A stretch of 63,434 nucleotides of DNA, filler included, from Folioceros fuciformis (taxonomy: Eukaryota): NCBI GenBank assembly GCA_049999805.1. It is 6 parts of 6 records of this genome, joined end to end, with 100 filler letters (N's around TTAATTAATTAA, not from the genome) between each part and the next. Parts side by side here need not be neighbours in the genome. Positions count along the whole stretch, not along the records: positions 10,419 to 22,594 come from JBNGIO010004563.1; positions 22,695 to 36,964 come from JBNGIO010004564.1; 4 more parts are not named here. One strand, written 5' to 3'. Below, one piece after another: positions 13,614 through 31,205 of this stretch. The notes below the pieces were generated by a model. The model searched no databases. It saw nothing but the letters and a program-made list of their open reading frames with translations, and was not told where the DNA came from. The first letter of the stretch is position 1, and each line of letters starts with the position of its first letter. A program made the position numbers and the translations under genes.

Positions 13614-14205
13614 AAAGGTTTGTTATCACATGAATCTAAAGGTTTGTTATCACATGAATCATGCAACTTGCTTCCTGCTTTGTCTGGAGCTTGTAACTGT
13701 CTCTACACAACTTGCATCATAATGATTTTGATATTGATGTGTAGCTCTTGACAAGAACTTTTCAACAAGTAGACTTTGCTTGAGTTTCATAACATTAGAG
13801 TTAGGTACAAATTTCTAAAGGTTTGCTATTAAATGAATCATGCAACATGGTTCTTGAATCATGTAGTGCTTGTAAAATTTTTTGCACACCTTGCATCACA
13901 ATGATTTAAATACCATTGTGTAGCTCTTGATAAGAGCTTTTCAACAAGTGCACATTGTTAGAGTTTTGTTATATTGAGAGGAAGATACAAATTTCTAAAG
14001 GTTTGCCATAACATGAATCATGCAACTTGATTCTTGTATCGTCAAGTGCTTGTAACCTTCTTTGCACACCTTGCATCACAATGATTTTGATATTGGTGTG
14101 TACCTCTTGACAAGAGCTTTTCAAAAAGTGTGCATTTCTTGAGTTTTAATGCATCTGGAGGAAGATATAGATTTCTAAAGGTTTACTATTATATGAATTA
14201 AGCAA
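13614..14205. repeat. Diverged ~180-bp tandem repeat (about 3.2 units, runs into a gap)
   Basis: AAAGGTTT...ATGAATCATGC recurs at ~13638, 13817, 13997, 14177. Confidence 0.85.
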
Positions 14206-14504
14206 GGTAATTTCTACATAGTTTGATTCTATAACTTGCTTCAACGACTCTCCAATTTTTCATATGAATTTGAAGTTCATTCTACAACCTATGACCAACC
14301 GATCAGAATTTATTACTAAGCTTGAGAAGGCAGTCTCCAATTTTTTCCTAGAGTTGCAATGAAACCAAGCTCAATATCTTTATTAACTTACACCATATTA
14401 TTCTTCACGTAAACCATATCTTTGTTTCATAGCAACAACTCTTCATGCTTCCTTATATCTAGCTACATACTCTCAGTATGACACATGCCTTCTTTGTCTT
14501 CAAC

Positions 14505-14652
14505 ATCACCCCGAGCGTAGACAAATGATTGAGTCATTGTGATCACCTCGAGCGTAGACAAATGATTGAGTCATTGTGATCACCCCGAGCGTAGACAAAT
14601 GATTGAGTCATTGTGATCACCCCGAGCGTAGACAAATGATTGAGTCATTGTG
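14505..14652. repeat. 37-bp minisatellite x4
   Basis: ATCACCCCGAGCGTAGACAAATGATTGAGTCATTGTG at 14505, 14542, 14579, 14616. Confidence 0.95.
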
Positions 14653-14894
14653 GACAATGTTGTAGTAACGGCCTTCTCCTTTAATTTTATGTGCTTAATT
14701 CTCTTCGTTGAACATTATTGAGGATCTCCTTTTGATACCTTCTCCATGGCCTCATTTAAAACATCTGATTGAGAACAGGAGATTGACTTTGTAGGTATCG
14801 ATGAGTAACTTGAAGTACCTAGAGTTTACAAAAAAATTGGAGTCAATGATTAGATCATTTGGAGGGTCAACAACTCACTTGACAACCACCATCT

Positions 14895-15200
14895 AGGCCA
14901 TAATGGTTTCATACAATTCATGGTTGAAGTCCATATACAATTTTTAATCTTTCCTATCTGATGAAGTCATTCTCCAATAGTGTGAGTGACCACTTTGCAT
15001 TCCATGCCGACTTTAGTCAAAATTCTTCTTCCATTGTTGATGTAACAGCTCCCACGGATCTGCATTGATGAGGGAAAGCATTAGTGCCATTCTTCACATA
15101 ATAAGCGGCTACTACATCCCACCTCACCGTTGCGGACTTTATCTTCTCTTTTACACTAGCAAATGCCTATTTTCCTTCTTCGATTCTCATAGGCGCCTAA
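14895..15200 (-). pseudogene. Degenerate trihelix/Myb-SANT-like domain fragment
   Basis: Across frameshifts: KSATVRWDVVAAYYVKNG..HQCR / WELLHQQWKK / HYWRMTSSDRKD / LYMDFNHELYETIM, matching the W..VA.Y...G....QC..W..L...KK and YW.M...ER pattern. Confidence 0.6.
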
Positions 15201-16145
15201 AGCACAAGACTATCGTTGTTTTTCAAAGACATTCATGTTAGCAAAGATGGAGGCAATGGAGCAAAGGGTCCTCGGGAGGAGGTCTATGTGGAACTAGAGA
15301 AGGCAATGGAGATATCTCAACATGATGTTACTAAGAGGAAGGCAGAAAAAAATGTTGTGATTGAAGAGGAGAATGTTGGGAATCGAGAACCAAGGGCTCA
15401 CTAAATGCCATTGTTGATTCTGTAGCTTTGGTGTGGTAATTCTGCAGCTTTGGTGTGGTACGTGGCAGCCTCATTACGTGACAATGTCTACAATGGAGAC
15501 AATCTCTACAATGGAGAAAGAACAATGCGGCCACTCAACAACGTGATAGGATGTGCCGGTGAAAGGTATTGTCGATAACCCGTAAGGGTGCTAAATGTTG
15601 GTGAGAAAAGCACAAAGGAGGGGAGAGGAGGGCTAAAACGAAATGGGGAATCTTTCCACCCACCAAAAGTGGAATGCGTTGTTTTTTAGTAGTTTTGGTT
15701 TTGTTTCAAATGCATAGAAAGCAGCCCTTAGTCTACAATTCTCACTTCACAAAACAATCTAGTCTATGGATTTTCCCTTCCACTATAGAAACCTCACTTC
15801 ATAACACAATCTAGTTCGTTGATCTCGCTTCTTCCCTCTTGTACCTTGTTTTTACCTTTTGGTCCTTAAAGTTAGCCTTTTTGTTTACCGTGTCATGGAC
15901 TCTATATGTTTTGATTTTACTTTCGTTCTCTATTTTCGGAAGTGAGCCTTTCTGTTAATTGAGTAGCTAACTCCAACTTATGGATTTTGCTATAAAATAT
16001 TAATTTCAGTACCAACGCATAATAGTTTTTTTATATCGCCCACACACGCACATGGAGTCCGTGAGTTAGGAACAAAGAAGCACAAGCCACCCACGATCTC
16101 AGGTAGGGTTTGTCAATCACTGGATCCTGTCGAGTTAGGTCTGGA

Positions 16146-17860
16146 TCAGAGGCCAAGGTATTTTGTGGCGTATGGCAGCCCTGCTCCTGTGGCTCGCAGC
16201 TTGACGGAATGGATGGAGGTGTCGTTCAGGATGTATAGAGTATCCAGCTTAGGGCCTGCAAATCCCATGTTGGCAGCTCCAGGGACTCGGATCAAGCCCA
16301 AAGGCACTCCATACTTGGAGAACACTGCGCGACGCGTCAGGAATGAAACCATGTTAGAACAGCGCGTAGGACACAGACAAGACACGTCAACACAAAAGCC
16401 GCTAGAACAGAGGGAATATCAGCCCACCTTGAACCCCATCTCCTGTGGCCACATACACCCGACCCCGGGTATCCACTTTGATGCCGTCGGGCACTGCCAA
16501 CTGTGCCGAATCGTATCTCGAAACTGATGCGAAGAGGCGACTGTTGACGAGAAAACGGCCTTCCCTCACGTCGAACACCGTGACACTGTGAGGTTTCTGG
16601 ACGTCCAAGGTCCCAGTCCTGAAATACCGACATGGCAACAGCAACTCAAATGGTCAAGACCAACGTCCCGAGTCCGAACAGACATGTAGGAAGAAAAGAT
16701 AGGTCCTCACCCCGTGGCCACACCAGAGTCCGTCACGTAGAGCAGCTTCTCATCCTCGGAGAAGGCCAGCCCGTTGGGCTTGACGAAGCCAGCAGCAACC
16801 ACGTCCACGGTGCCGTCGGCGTCGATTCTGTACACCTGGTTGTTCACCTTGGGGGAACCCTCAAAGCCCTGAACGCTGAACAGGATGGGCAGGGTGTCAT
16901 GAAAGACTACTGTGTGAGCGTGCAGCACGATTTATCGACGGCTCACCAACCTTCCGTAGTCGGGGTCCGTGAACCAAATGGACTTGTCGCTCTTCTCAAC
17001 CACGTCGTTAGGGCTGTTGAAAGGGAGGTTGAACCAGTTGTCCGCCACGTCCTCTGTCTTGAGAGTCTTGAGGTCGATTCGACCAATGAAGGCAGGATTT
17101 CCGATTTGCCCTTGTTCACAGAGCAGCAGATTGCCATCGGCATCTAACGCCAGGCCGTTGGCGAAGTTTGTGTCGTTCACCACCGTGCTCACCTCCTTCG
17201 TCCCCAAGTGCAATTTTTGCAGCTGCCAGCATCAACAACACCGTCACAATGGCTCCAAGCCTGAGAACTTACTCTTTCCAACATCCCTCTAGGGTAGCTG
17301 CCCGGGACGAAACGAATCACACCTGGATTGGCTGGCCGGGAACCCTGACGGTGGTGAAGTAGAAATCATCCTTATCTGGGTAGTACACTCCTCCTTCGTG
17401 GGCAGCGGCAGCGGCTTCGAACTTGAGCTCAGGAGTTGGCCCCAAAATTGACAGGAACTGCAGCTGCCGGACCTGCGCAGCATGCCAGGCGTCACTGGCC
17501 CCTTCTCTGTGGGATGGACACGAAGGTAGCTAGCTGGGTGACTGCTTTGCGATTTCACCTGAAAATCACACCCTTGAATATCTGGGGGGCCGGACAATGC
17601 CCCGGTCCGAATCCTATTCTGCTTCCAGTAGCACGTGTGTGCCGGAAGCACTTTGGATGGCTCAGCCGCAAGCGTCCCTGCCAGCACCCGGCGGTTGCGT
17701 GTCAGGAACTCATGGACTTGGGAGGATTACGGCCCACAAATCTCAGCTCGCAGATCTCACTGGGCGGTTGTAAATCGGTACCATTGGCGCAGTTTATGAT
17801 GAGCAGAGCATAGAAGCACAGAAGGCTGGAACGCCATGCTCTCCATTCCTTCCGCTCCAT
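16146..17860 (-). CDS. SMP-30/gluconolactonase/LRE-family six-bladed beta-propeller lactonase with signal peptide, ~391 aa, 7 exons
   Basis: GT-AG exons 17860-17761, 17677-17559, 17472-17323, 17222-16951, 16875-16711, 16618-16428, 16324-16146 join in phase (1176 nt). Motifs AHEGGVY, ANGLALD, FNSPND, FTDPDYG, KPNGLAFS, VPDGIKVD. N-terminus MERKEWRAWRSSLLCFYALLIINCANG. Confidence 0.88.
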
Positions 17861-19026
17861 GTCGTGAAGTTCAATGCGCTTTTCCGACAAAGAAACAGGT
17901 CCTTGGTGGTATTTAAGGACGGATTGCGTCAGGACACTCATGCCCTCGTTTACAAGAAGGAAGAAAACGCGTGTGTTATCAGTTCGACTAATGACGCAAG
18001 CTGGCCTGTGTTTGAGGAGACCACGGATATGGTGACGAAGTCTTACCTCCGTACGCAAAGGGAAAGGCACTCGTTGGCCGCTGAATCCTTACACAGAGTG
18101 AATGGTGGAAAAGTGCACGTACAATCCTTTTGAGCGGGAGCGACTGCCGCTTACCTGGCTTCAGCTGGCTGGCCCAAGGAGAATCACTCTCATACGTGAT
18201 GGAGTAGGGGTACGCTGCCTCACTCCCATAATCGTGGAGTTCTCGTCTCTTACTGGAGAAATGGATATCAAGGAGCCAGACTGGAATTCACTGTACGAAA
18301 AGGGAGGAGTCGCCACTGGTTACTCACGACCGACTCAGCCACCGCTCCTGTCGGATCAGGGACCAAATGGATGTCATCCAACAGTTCGCTCGATGTAAGC
18401 AGGAGTTACCTATCCCACCACGTACCCGGAGAAGGCTCAGTCGTGAACCAGATGCCTGGCCAGGTAGGGTGAGATCAAAGCAACAGTCCCTGGCAAGTTC
18501 CTTTCATCTCTCCGCGGGATGACCCAAGCCGGCCTGCATTCAGAGCAATCACAGTGACGATATTTTCCCTTCGCTCGGCAAGGAAATGGTTTGTGTCGAT
18601 TAGAGTTTGGCTGGTGGAAAAGTACCTTTCCCGCTGCGCAGGAACAACCCAAAATAAATATAGCGGCACGTCCTGTGGCTTCAACGTGTCGCAGTTTATG
18701 CGTTTTGGGGCTGTGATTCACTGTCCCACGGAAATCATGTTTACCCTAAATATTTTATACTTTAGTGAAGTCTTTACAAGACTTCTTTTTTCCCTACCAA
18801 CCTTGAAGATCTAACGTCATGTTGGATTGAAAAACATATGCATATTTTATTTTCTTTATAGATAAATCAAAACTAAACTAACGACCCAAAACCCTAGTCG
18901 CTCATTAGCAACGAGGTTCCTATTTATCATTCGTTTCTAACAAAAGCCTAACATTGAGTGTTCTATTTTCATTAGGAATGTTACGAGAATGCACCCTCTT
19001 TCGCTTTTCAACTAGAGCCCAAGATA

Positions 19027-19156
19027 TGGCGTACCTAAAGCAAGGCCTCATTTCACGCTGGCGTACTTGAAGCAAGGCCTCATTTCACGTTGGCGTACTT
19101 GAAGCAAGGCCTCATTTCACGTTGGCGTACTTGAAGCAAGGCCTCATTTCACGTTG
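19027..19156. repeat. 32-bp minisatellite x4
   Basis: TGGCGTACTTGAAGCAAGGCCTCATTTCACGT at 19027, 19059, 19091, 19123. Confidence 0.95.
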
Positions 19157-22100
19157 TACTATGTGAAGGCAAACTATAGCAACTGAAGGTGGGAGACACA
19201 TGCTAACACGGATGCTACTTTTAATGTGGAATGACAATAACACCAAATGCCCTTCCTTGCAATGTGTGAAGGCACATTGTAGCCTAATGAAATCTTTTGC
19301 AAGTTGCCCACTTCAACTACAAAGTTGGTGTACCGAGCCAACACCTTATCTATTATGCATTGTCTTGCCCTACATGGCCATCCTACTCCTCTTTCCCCTC
19401 CTCACTTTCATTCGCATCTTCAAGATGCTTTGATTAAGCAAGTGAGGTCTTGTTTGCTTCAATTACCACAATCTTCCTCTTTCCATACTAGCAAACTCTT
19501 TATTATGTGTGCCCAACATGGCAATCTGAACTTAAAGATTGCTTGTAGTTGCTGTTATACCTATTCCTATTGGCTCTATTGTTGTCTTGGACCATTTAAT
19601 TGGAGTGCCCTACACTTGGGCCTATACTCTTGCCTAGAGTCTTGGTTAAGCTTTTATGTTTGGCCATGACCCTCTTTACAATGGTATGCATGTTGCACAA
19701 TATAAGGACCAACTTGCTCCATAAGAAGTGATTATGTGGAGCATATTAGTGTTCATGTGTTTTTAGCATTTTGTAAGACAATACTGTATTTTCCAAAGGT
19801 TAAAGCGAGCTTAATAGTTATCCAAAGTCCTTAGTTCTTACTGGCCTTATAAGAGTGCACGTTGTCGTATAGCCAAAAGTGATTGCTTGAGGATGCACAT
19901 TGCAAAGAATGTTATTGAGTTCTAGAAAGGGCCTTCATATGTTGGCTGCATCTGAAAGAAAGACCAATAATAGCAAAATATTTGAAGTCACTAGTAGATG
20001 CTTGTGTCCTATGTAACGTTTTCTTCTAACAGTTATTGTAACAGTGTTGTAAGTTGTTATATCTGGTGGCATGGATGCGGAGGGCGCTCCAAACCAGGCC
20101 TTGTAACACAAAGGTGTAGCGCTGCATGCTGGTCATTTGACCTCTTCATAGCAGCTAGTCCCGAACCTCGTCCGGTATCGCAAGCACTCCAGCATGAGCA
20201 CCACTGCTTTTAATGGATGCAAAGGATAGTGGCCCTTATTAGTGTGATGCAAGTAATGGTTACTAGAAAATAATATCTTCCTCTCTATTTGATAAAGTGG
20301 TGGGGGCAATGACCAAGAACCTCGCCCCTTGTGCTGTGTGGCACTGTCGCACCAGCGATGCATCCTGGTTTGTAGGGTTTAGGGCATTGAATGACGTTGT
20401 CAGAAGGAGGGCATTGCTGGCGACATGAACGCGAGCACACGGGCTACCTACGGTCACTGCAGCGCAAGGCAACATGGGCAGCAATGGTTGATGCTGGCAC
20501 ACAGGGTGCCAACTAGAGCCTCCTCATCTACCAAACCCAAACACTAAATCCATTCCTAAATGTGGGATGGGGGCACCACTAAAATGCATCCTTCTCGAGT
20601 CCGTCGCATGTGTTGCGTGCAAAGATTGGTTAGCAGAAATGTTATGAAAGTGCGGGCACCACGGCCACTAGGAGGAATATGTACATTTTATTGCCATGTA
20701 GCAAAGATTTGTATGAGTAGACAAAGCTTTGGTTGGGTCCCTGCTCCTATGTGGCGGTGCCTGCATCGTGTGCAAGGGATACACATTGGTGTCGTGGCAG
20801 GTGAACACAGCGCCAAGTGGAGCAATGACAGTCTGTGGGAATGGAGGTTACAAACACAAATAGGTTTTGAGGGCATAGTAGGCAGTCCTTACCTATATGC
20901 CAGCAGTTGTTTTCGGTTGCCGCAACTACTCACCCTCATACACCTCCACATGTAGCACTTCGCCGATGGTTTGAATTGCAAACAAGTAGGCATGTGACCT
21001 ACCTACCAACAAGCCATGGATGCAACCTCCTGCAAGGGTATAGCACACTTCCACCACCATCTCGGCAGCCCCCAGCAATTGGTATTGTCCCTCAATGTTG
21101 CAGTTGAAATCAGCGTATGCAACAAAGTGCTCAATGTTGTTGTACACAGACCGCAATTTGGTCCAGATTGTTGTGCACAATTGTCATGAGGCCTGTAGCT
21201 AATGATGGAGACGTAAGCATCGATCACAACCCGGGTTTTAGAGCACTCCACAACAAATACCACCTTTCATCCCCAAGGGATCCCCTCACAGACATATAGC
21301 TCTTTCCCCCACAACCACTTATGGAATTGTACCTCCTCTTGAAGAGATGACTGAAGGTTACCAGGCCGCTAGTGAGCCCTGGCGGGTACAAATACAAATT
21401 GTCTAAACTGTGCCACCTTTGGAATAATTAGGACGTTGAACTTGATGTCTTCCATGTACGCTTGGCAGAAAAGTGTCTCACGACCTATGTCAAATCGCAA
21501 GAGGAATATGTTGTTCCGCCATCTTTGTCGCAACGCCTCCACTACTCTGAACACTACAAGTGCCACCTCTTTCTCGCTTCCCAGAAACCCAAGGCCCATT
21601 CTCTTTGAGCACGGTGCCCAAATTTTGCGCTCATCCTCATCTTCTCTTGAATAGAAGATTGGATGTGGGCCATCTACTCGCAAAAAACTGAGCATGCTTG
21701 GAAGCCAACCCACCAGCTTCCAAAACTTGCAGCACCCACCGTCCCTCACCTCTACTCCACAGTGATGGCATTTTCACACTGCCAAATCGATATGCCCAGG
21801 CCCACACACGTTCAGCACCATCAGTTGCTCCAACGTTACCAGCCCACACTGGTTTTGCAAGATTCTCTTTCTGCTCACCTTCCACTCTTGGCAGAGGCAC
21901 TGGGAATGTTGACGTCGAGCCCCTACAAGTCGCGGCTAGGCGCATTCGAGTGCGGCGGTTCTCTTCCATGAAGTCCAATGGGGGATCAGCCATTGCGAGG
22001 GAGACAAGTTGTTCCATTTCTTGAGTGCCTATAAATGGCTAAGAGAAACTATCGTCCTTGCATCCGTATGTGCCCATAGTAGATGGTTGTGTCTCCTCCG

Positions 22101-22694
22101 CTATATTCAATAAGAACATCCATCCCATTATAGAAAACTGAAATAAGGTTGTAGCCAAATTTGCAGTCATCACTTTTCATTCCCAATTACATTTTGGAGA
22201 AAAGACAATTACGCAAAACCACCTTCAAAGAGTGAAAAGAGTTAGTGGCTAATGTGCTTTTTCTCATGATGTTATTTATCTCATTTCAAACCCAAATTGG
22301 TGAAACAAAGTTTGGATACATACCTGAAACCTTGGGAAAAAACCTTCAATTAAAAAGGTGCGAACATCTTCACATAGTAATCTCCGTCTTAGAAAGTTAT
22401 ATGGTTAATATCTTTTTCTTCTTGAGTGAGCCATTTTAGAGATTTGTCGATGCTCAAACCCGCTCTTTGATCGATTGTTGTTGGAATGAAAAACCCTGGT
22501 GTCTTCTTATCTTGTAGGGTTGCTTCACAACATAACTCGAACTCTAGCATAATATTCACCAAGTCTTGGGCCTCAAATCCAATAAAGTTCTTTGNNNNNN
22601 NNNNNNNNNNNNNNNNNNNNNNNNNNNNNNNNNNNNNNTTAATTAATTAANNNNNNNNNNNNNNNNNNNNNNNNNNNNNNNNNNNNNNNNNNNN

Positions 22695-23020
22695 CATTTT
22701 GAGACCATACAACGTCTTTGAGATGATTCATTTTGAGACCATACAACGTCTTTGAGATGATTCATTTTGAGACCATACAACGTCTTTGAGATGATTCATT
22801 TTGAGACCATACAACGTCTTTGAGATGATTCATTTTGAGACCATACAACGTCTTTGAGATGATTCAAACCATTTTGAGACTATACAACGTCTTTGAGATG
22901 ATTCAAACCATTTTGAGACTATACAGCGTCTTTGAGATGATTCAAACCATTTTGAGTCTTTGAGATGATTCAGCTTTAAAGCATAAAACCATTTTGAGTC
23001 CATACAACTTCTTTGAGACG
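22695..23020. repeat. 34/39-bp minisatellite
   Basis: CATTTTGAGACCATACAACGTCTTTGAGATGATT x5, then variants with a CAAAC insertion. Confidence 0.95.
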
Positions 23021-23265
23021 ATTCGGTTCTTCTCCACCTTGATTCAACTTCCTAGTTTACTTAATGGTTCTTCTCCACCTCGTTCTATGGCAATGAGAGT
23101 GCCCACTCTCTAAACCATTTTGAGATGATTCAACTTTCTAGGGTTAATGGTTGTTATCTAGTTTTTTTTAGATTCAACTTTTTTGAGACAATTCCCTTTC
23201 CGGGATTTAGGGTTCTAGCTTTCTTGGGGTAACAATTCTTCTTCACTACGTTATGTGAAAGTAAC

Positions 23266-23577
23266 AAGACAATGAGAAGAAGTAGCTAGAAGGATGTAGC
23301 ACGGAAGTGAGAGTAATGAGACAATGAGAAGAAGTAGCTAGAAGGATGTAGCACGGAAGTGAGAGTAATGAGACAATGAGAAGTAGTAGCTGGAAGGATG
23401 TAGCACGGAAGTGAGAGTAATGAGACAATGAGAAGAAGTAGTTGGAAGGATGTAGCACGGAAGTGAGAGTGATGAGACAATGAGAAGAAGTAGCTGGAAG
23501 GATGTAGCACGGAAGTGAGAGTAATGAGACAATGAGAAGAAGTAGTTGGAAGGATGTAGCAGAGAAGTGAGAGTAAC
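23266..23577. repeat. 52-bp minisatellite x6
   Basis: GAGACAATGAGAAGAAGTAGCTAGAAGGATGTAGCACGGAAGTGAGAGTAAT at 52-bp period (23318, 23370, 23422...). Confidence 0.95.
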
Positions 23578-26045
23578 AAAGCATGAGAAGAGTAGTTGGG
23601 ATGAGGGTTAGCTCCAGCTATGTGAAGAGGGTTAGCTACTCTACATGAGAAGAGAACTATAAATTTCTTGTCTCCTTGCCTCCTCAATTCTTCTCCTCTA
23701 GTAGTATTGATCAATCTACTAGCTTGGGATCACCAACCCTAAGGTGCCTTGTCTCTACATAATATGTTAGGACTAAAGTTCTTACTATTATTGTGCATAC
23801 ATCTTAATTCTAGAGTAGTGTAACAGCTAACGTCCAATCATAGGAGAAAATGATTGATGAGGATGTTTTGAGCAACTTATTGGATTGAGGATGTCTTGAA
23901 CAATTTATTGGGCTTAGTATGTCTCGAGCAATTTATTGGGTTGAAGGTGTATTGGGCAATTAATTGCAGTTGTGTGAGGAGGAAAACTAGAATGTCTGTT
24001 TTGTGATGAGAGCGGAAGGACCTAATCTTTGGATAGATGAGATGAGTGAACGAGAGGCATAGGAATAAATTAGAAGATAAGCATCTGGATTGTATATGAA
24101 AAGAGGCTTCAACCTCCCAAAAACAAGAACAAATACATGCCATGCCTTGGCTAAGAGGCATAGGGCTAAAATTAGAAGGAACTTCATAAGCATTTGGATT
24201 GTATATGAAGAGAGGCTTCTACCACCCAAAAACAAGAACAGAGTACATGCCATGCCCTAGCCTCACCCATTGTGACTTTGCAACCCATTGAGCTAGCTAT
24301 TCCTTACATGATCCATTGCAGATAGTTCAACATCCCCAACTATTTCTAGGGTTGTCTCAAACCCCCATAGGAGTAGGTGGTCTCGAGTTTAGTTCGTAGA
24401 GAAAGTATCTTATGATACTTTGTGATAGTTGGAGAGTATCTTTTCAAAAAGATTCAATCTCTTTAAGGAGCGGAATGATTATCTTGTCCATTACCAAGAG
24501 CATGATTACATAGTCTTATCATGAGAGTAACTATTAATTAATTGACTATTAATTAATTGGAGTCTTGAAAGGAAGTGTTAATTATTTGGCCTTAGACAAG
24601 CATTATCTATATGAGTTGTGACTTTTATGACCCCAAGTTGGGGGTTGTGATTGTCAATGGCCCCAAGTTGAGAGTCGTGACTTTCATGGTCCCAACCTTG
24701 TACATAAGCCCCATGATTGTGAAGACCTCTCTTAGAATCGACCATATTTGAACTAATATTTGAAACAACTCTTTTCATGAGTGCTTGAGATAAGAGGGCA
24801 AGGAGAATAGGACTGTAATCACCATATACTACACACACTTATAATTCAAGGGGTTTTAGATTTTCCTTGAACTATTTTATGTCCAAGGACAAGATTGTTA
24901 GTTTGGTGCTTCCTTTGGACAAGATGGTTGGTTTGGTGCTTCCCTAAGATTGATGGTTTGGTGCTTCCAATATTTCTCGCTTCTACACCTAGTTAGAGAG
25001 AGAGTTTTGCACCTACCCCTCTATTTTGTATTTCTTGCTTCTACATCTAGCTCGAAAGAAAACTATGCACCTACCCTCTTTCTGGTATTTCTTGCTTCTA
25101 CAACTAGTTTAGAGGGAACTATACACTTGTTGTTGCACTTCAGCTTTTCAACACATCATCTGTTTGCACTGCATAACAACTTATAGTTAGATGTTGTTCG
25201 ATAGCAATAGAAGCTAGAAGAAAATTTATGTCAATGTCATATCACAATTTTGTTTATCTTATTTCTTGGCCATGATGAGAAGTTAGGTGTTCTTCGATGG
25301 CAATAGTAGCTAGAAGGAAATTTATGTCAATGTCAAATCACGATTTTGTTTATCTTATTTCTTGGCCATGATCAGAACTATATCTTTATAGGTTTGTATG
25401 CCGTAATCGTATTACCTTAGATAAGATTATTGATACATACAATTGAATGCTTATCCTTGGGTATCAGCTTGGGCACGATTCTTCCGCCTAGGAGAAAATT
25501 GAAAATTTATCATTAAAAAGATAAAGAAATGTTCTTGACCCACTAACTTTGCCTCGTCGGTCCTGTGTAGGTAACGTTCCTAATGTTCCTGACCCACTTA
25601 ACTTTGCCTCATTCGTCGTGTACGTAGTAGTTTCTTGCGGAACCGATCCTTTACAGGCCGTGCCTAATGCTGCGTCCTGAAACGGACGAGGGACCCGTCC
25701 ATCGAGGTCTGCGTCCTGAAACGGACTAGGGGCCTGTCCATCTAGGTCTGCNNNNNNNNNNTCCATCTAGGTCTGCGTCCTGAAACGGACTAGGGGCCTG
25801 TCCATCTAAGTCTAAGTCTTGTTACCAAGAGGTAGTTAGCAGTTCCTACCTCGACATTGAATCCTGCTATTCTACTCGACGTCATATACAATGCTAGTCT
25901 TCGTTTGCAGAAAACCTGCATTCCGTCAATCACATCCAATCGTATGAAAAAGACAGCGCTGAACAGGTAAGTGTATGTACAGACCTGGGGATCAAAAGCC
26001 TAACCAGAACCTCTTGGACTACTTAGCGGGTAATAACACTGGCTC

Positions 26046-30285
<4,240 letters not shown>

Positions 30286-31205
30286 AGCAATACCCCCAGA
30301 CGCCACTCCCCGGTGCGAGCCCGGGCCAGTCGAAGGGAATTCAAGTGCGCCCAGAGGCCCGATATTGTTCAGGGTCTGAGGCCCGACATCGTTCAGTGTC
30401 TGAGGCCCTGGCCATCGCAGCAGCAGGTGCAGCGCGTCGCCACAGCCTCGATTGCTGCAAACTGCGGACCAATGAAAGCGGCCGAGATGGCAGGCACCGA
30501 TTGCACTGGCACTTGCGCTTGCGCTTTCGCGTGCGCGCACAAGATGCACCAACTCCGACTCCCCGCTCCTCAAATATCATAGCTCACCTGACCTTCCTGT
30601 GAAACCCAGGGAGTTGCACTCGTGTGATGGCACCAAGTGGCATTTTCTTTGACTACGCATTATCCAAAGGTCCAAGTCAGTCCTAACGGCTTGCGGCCCT
30701 TTTCTTTCACCTTCTTATTACGGATGTGGTCATCCAGTGTGCGAGCGGGCCGGGCCCAACACTGTGCAGTACACACGAACTTCGTTCACACAGCAGGTGC
30801 TTCTGGGTTTTCTTTGTCATATGGTGGACTGATTTCCGACCACTCAGGAGTTGCTCCATCCTTCCCATTGGAGAATGCCCTGTACTGTACCGGCAAGCAC
30901 AGCCTTCACGATCTCCCTTCACGTTCAGGCCCAGGGTGCTTGAATGGGGGTTCTGATGAGCTCATCTCATGCAGGACCGAATCGAAACCGAAGCACGGGG
31001 GAAGCAACCGACCCAAAAAAATCATCATTATATGTATATTGAACTACGTACAGTACATACATCGATAAGTCCCAAATGTCCTTACCTGCATCATAGCATT
31101 TATTTTGCTTAAGGAGGACGGATATCAAGTCCCAAACAATTTGGTCCCAAAACGAGCATACTTTTTCAAAAACGTGTTTGAAAAGTAAACAAACTGCCGT
31201 AAGAC

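Noticed and set aside
14505-14652. CRISPR-like arrays (also 19027-19156, 22695-23020, 47428-47792)
   Set aside because: Units are head-to-tail with no unique spacers, no cas genes, eukaryotic context: minisatellites.
17864-18814. ORFs upstream of the lactonase (and 48456-48851 downstream of the PPR-DYW gene)
   Set aside because: Short, overlapping and without recognisable homology; likely promoter or UTR sequence.
19200-22030. Many short ORFs suggesting a DNA transposase or gene
   Set aside because: No recognisable motif or consistent splice model; probably decayed TE, left uncalled.
23246-23714. Repetitive hydrophobic ORFs (also 38163-38577, 40722-41260)
   Set aside because: Translations of minisatellites.
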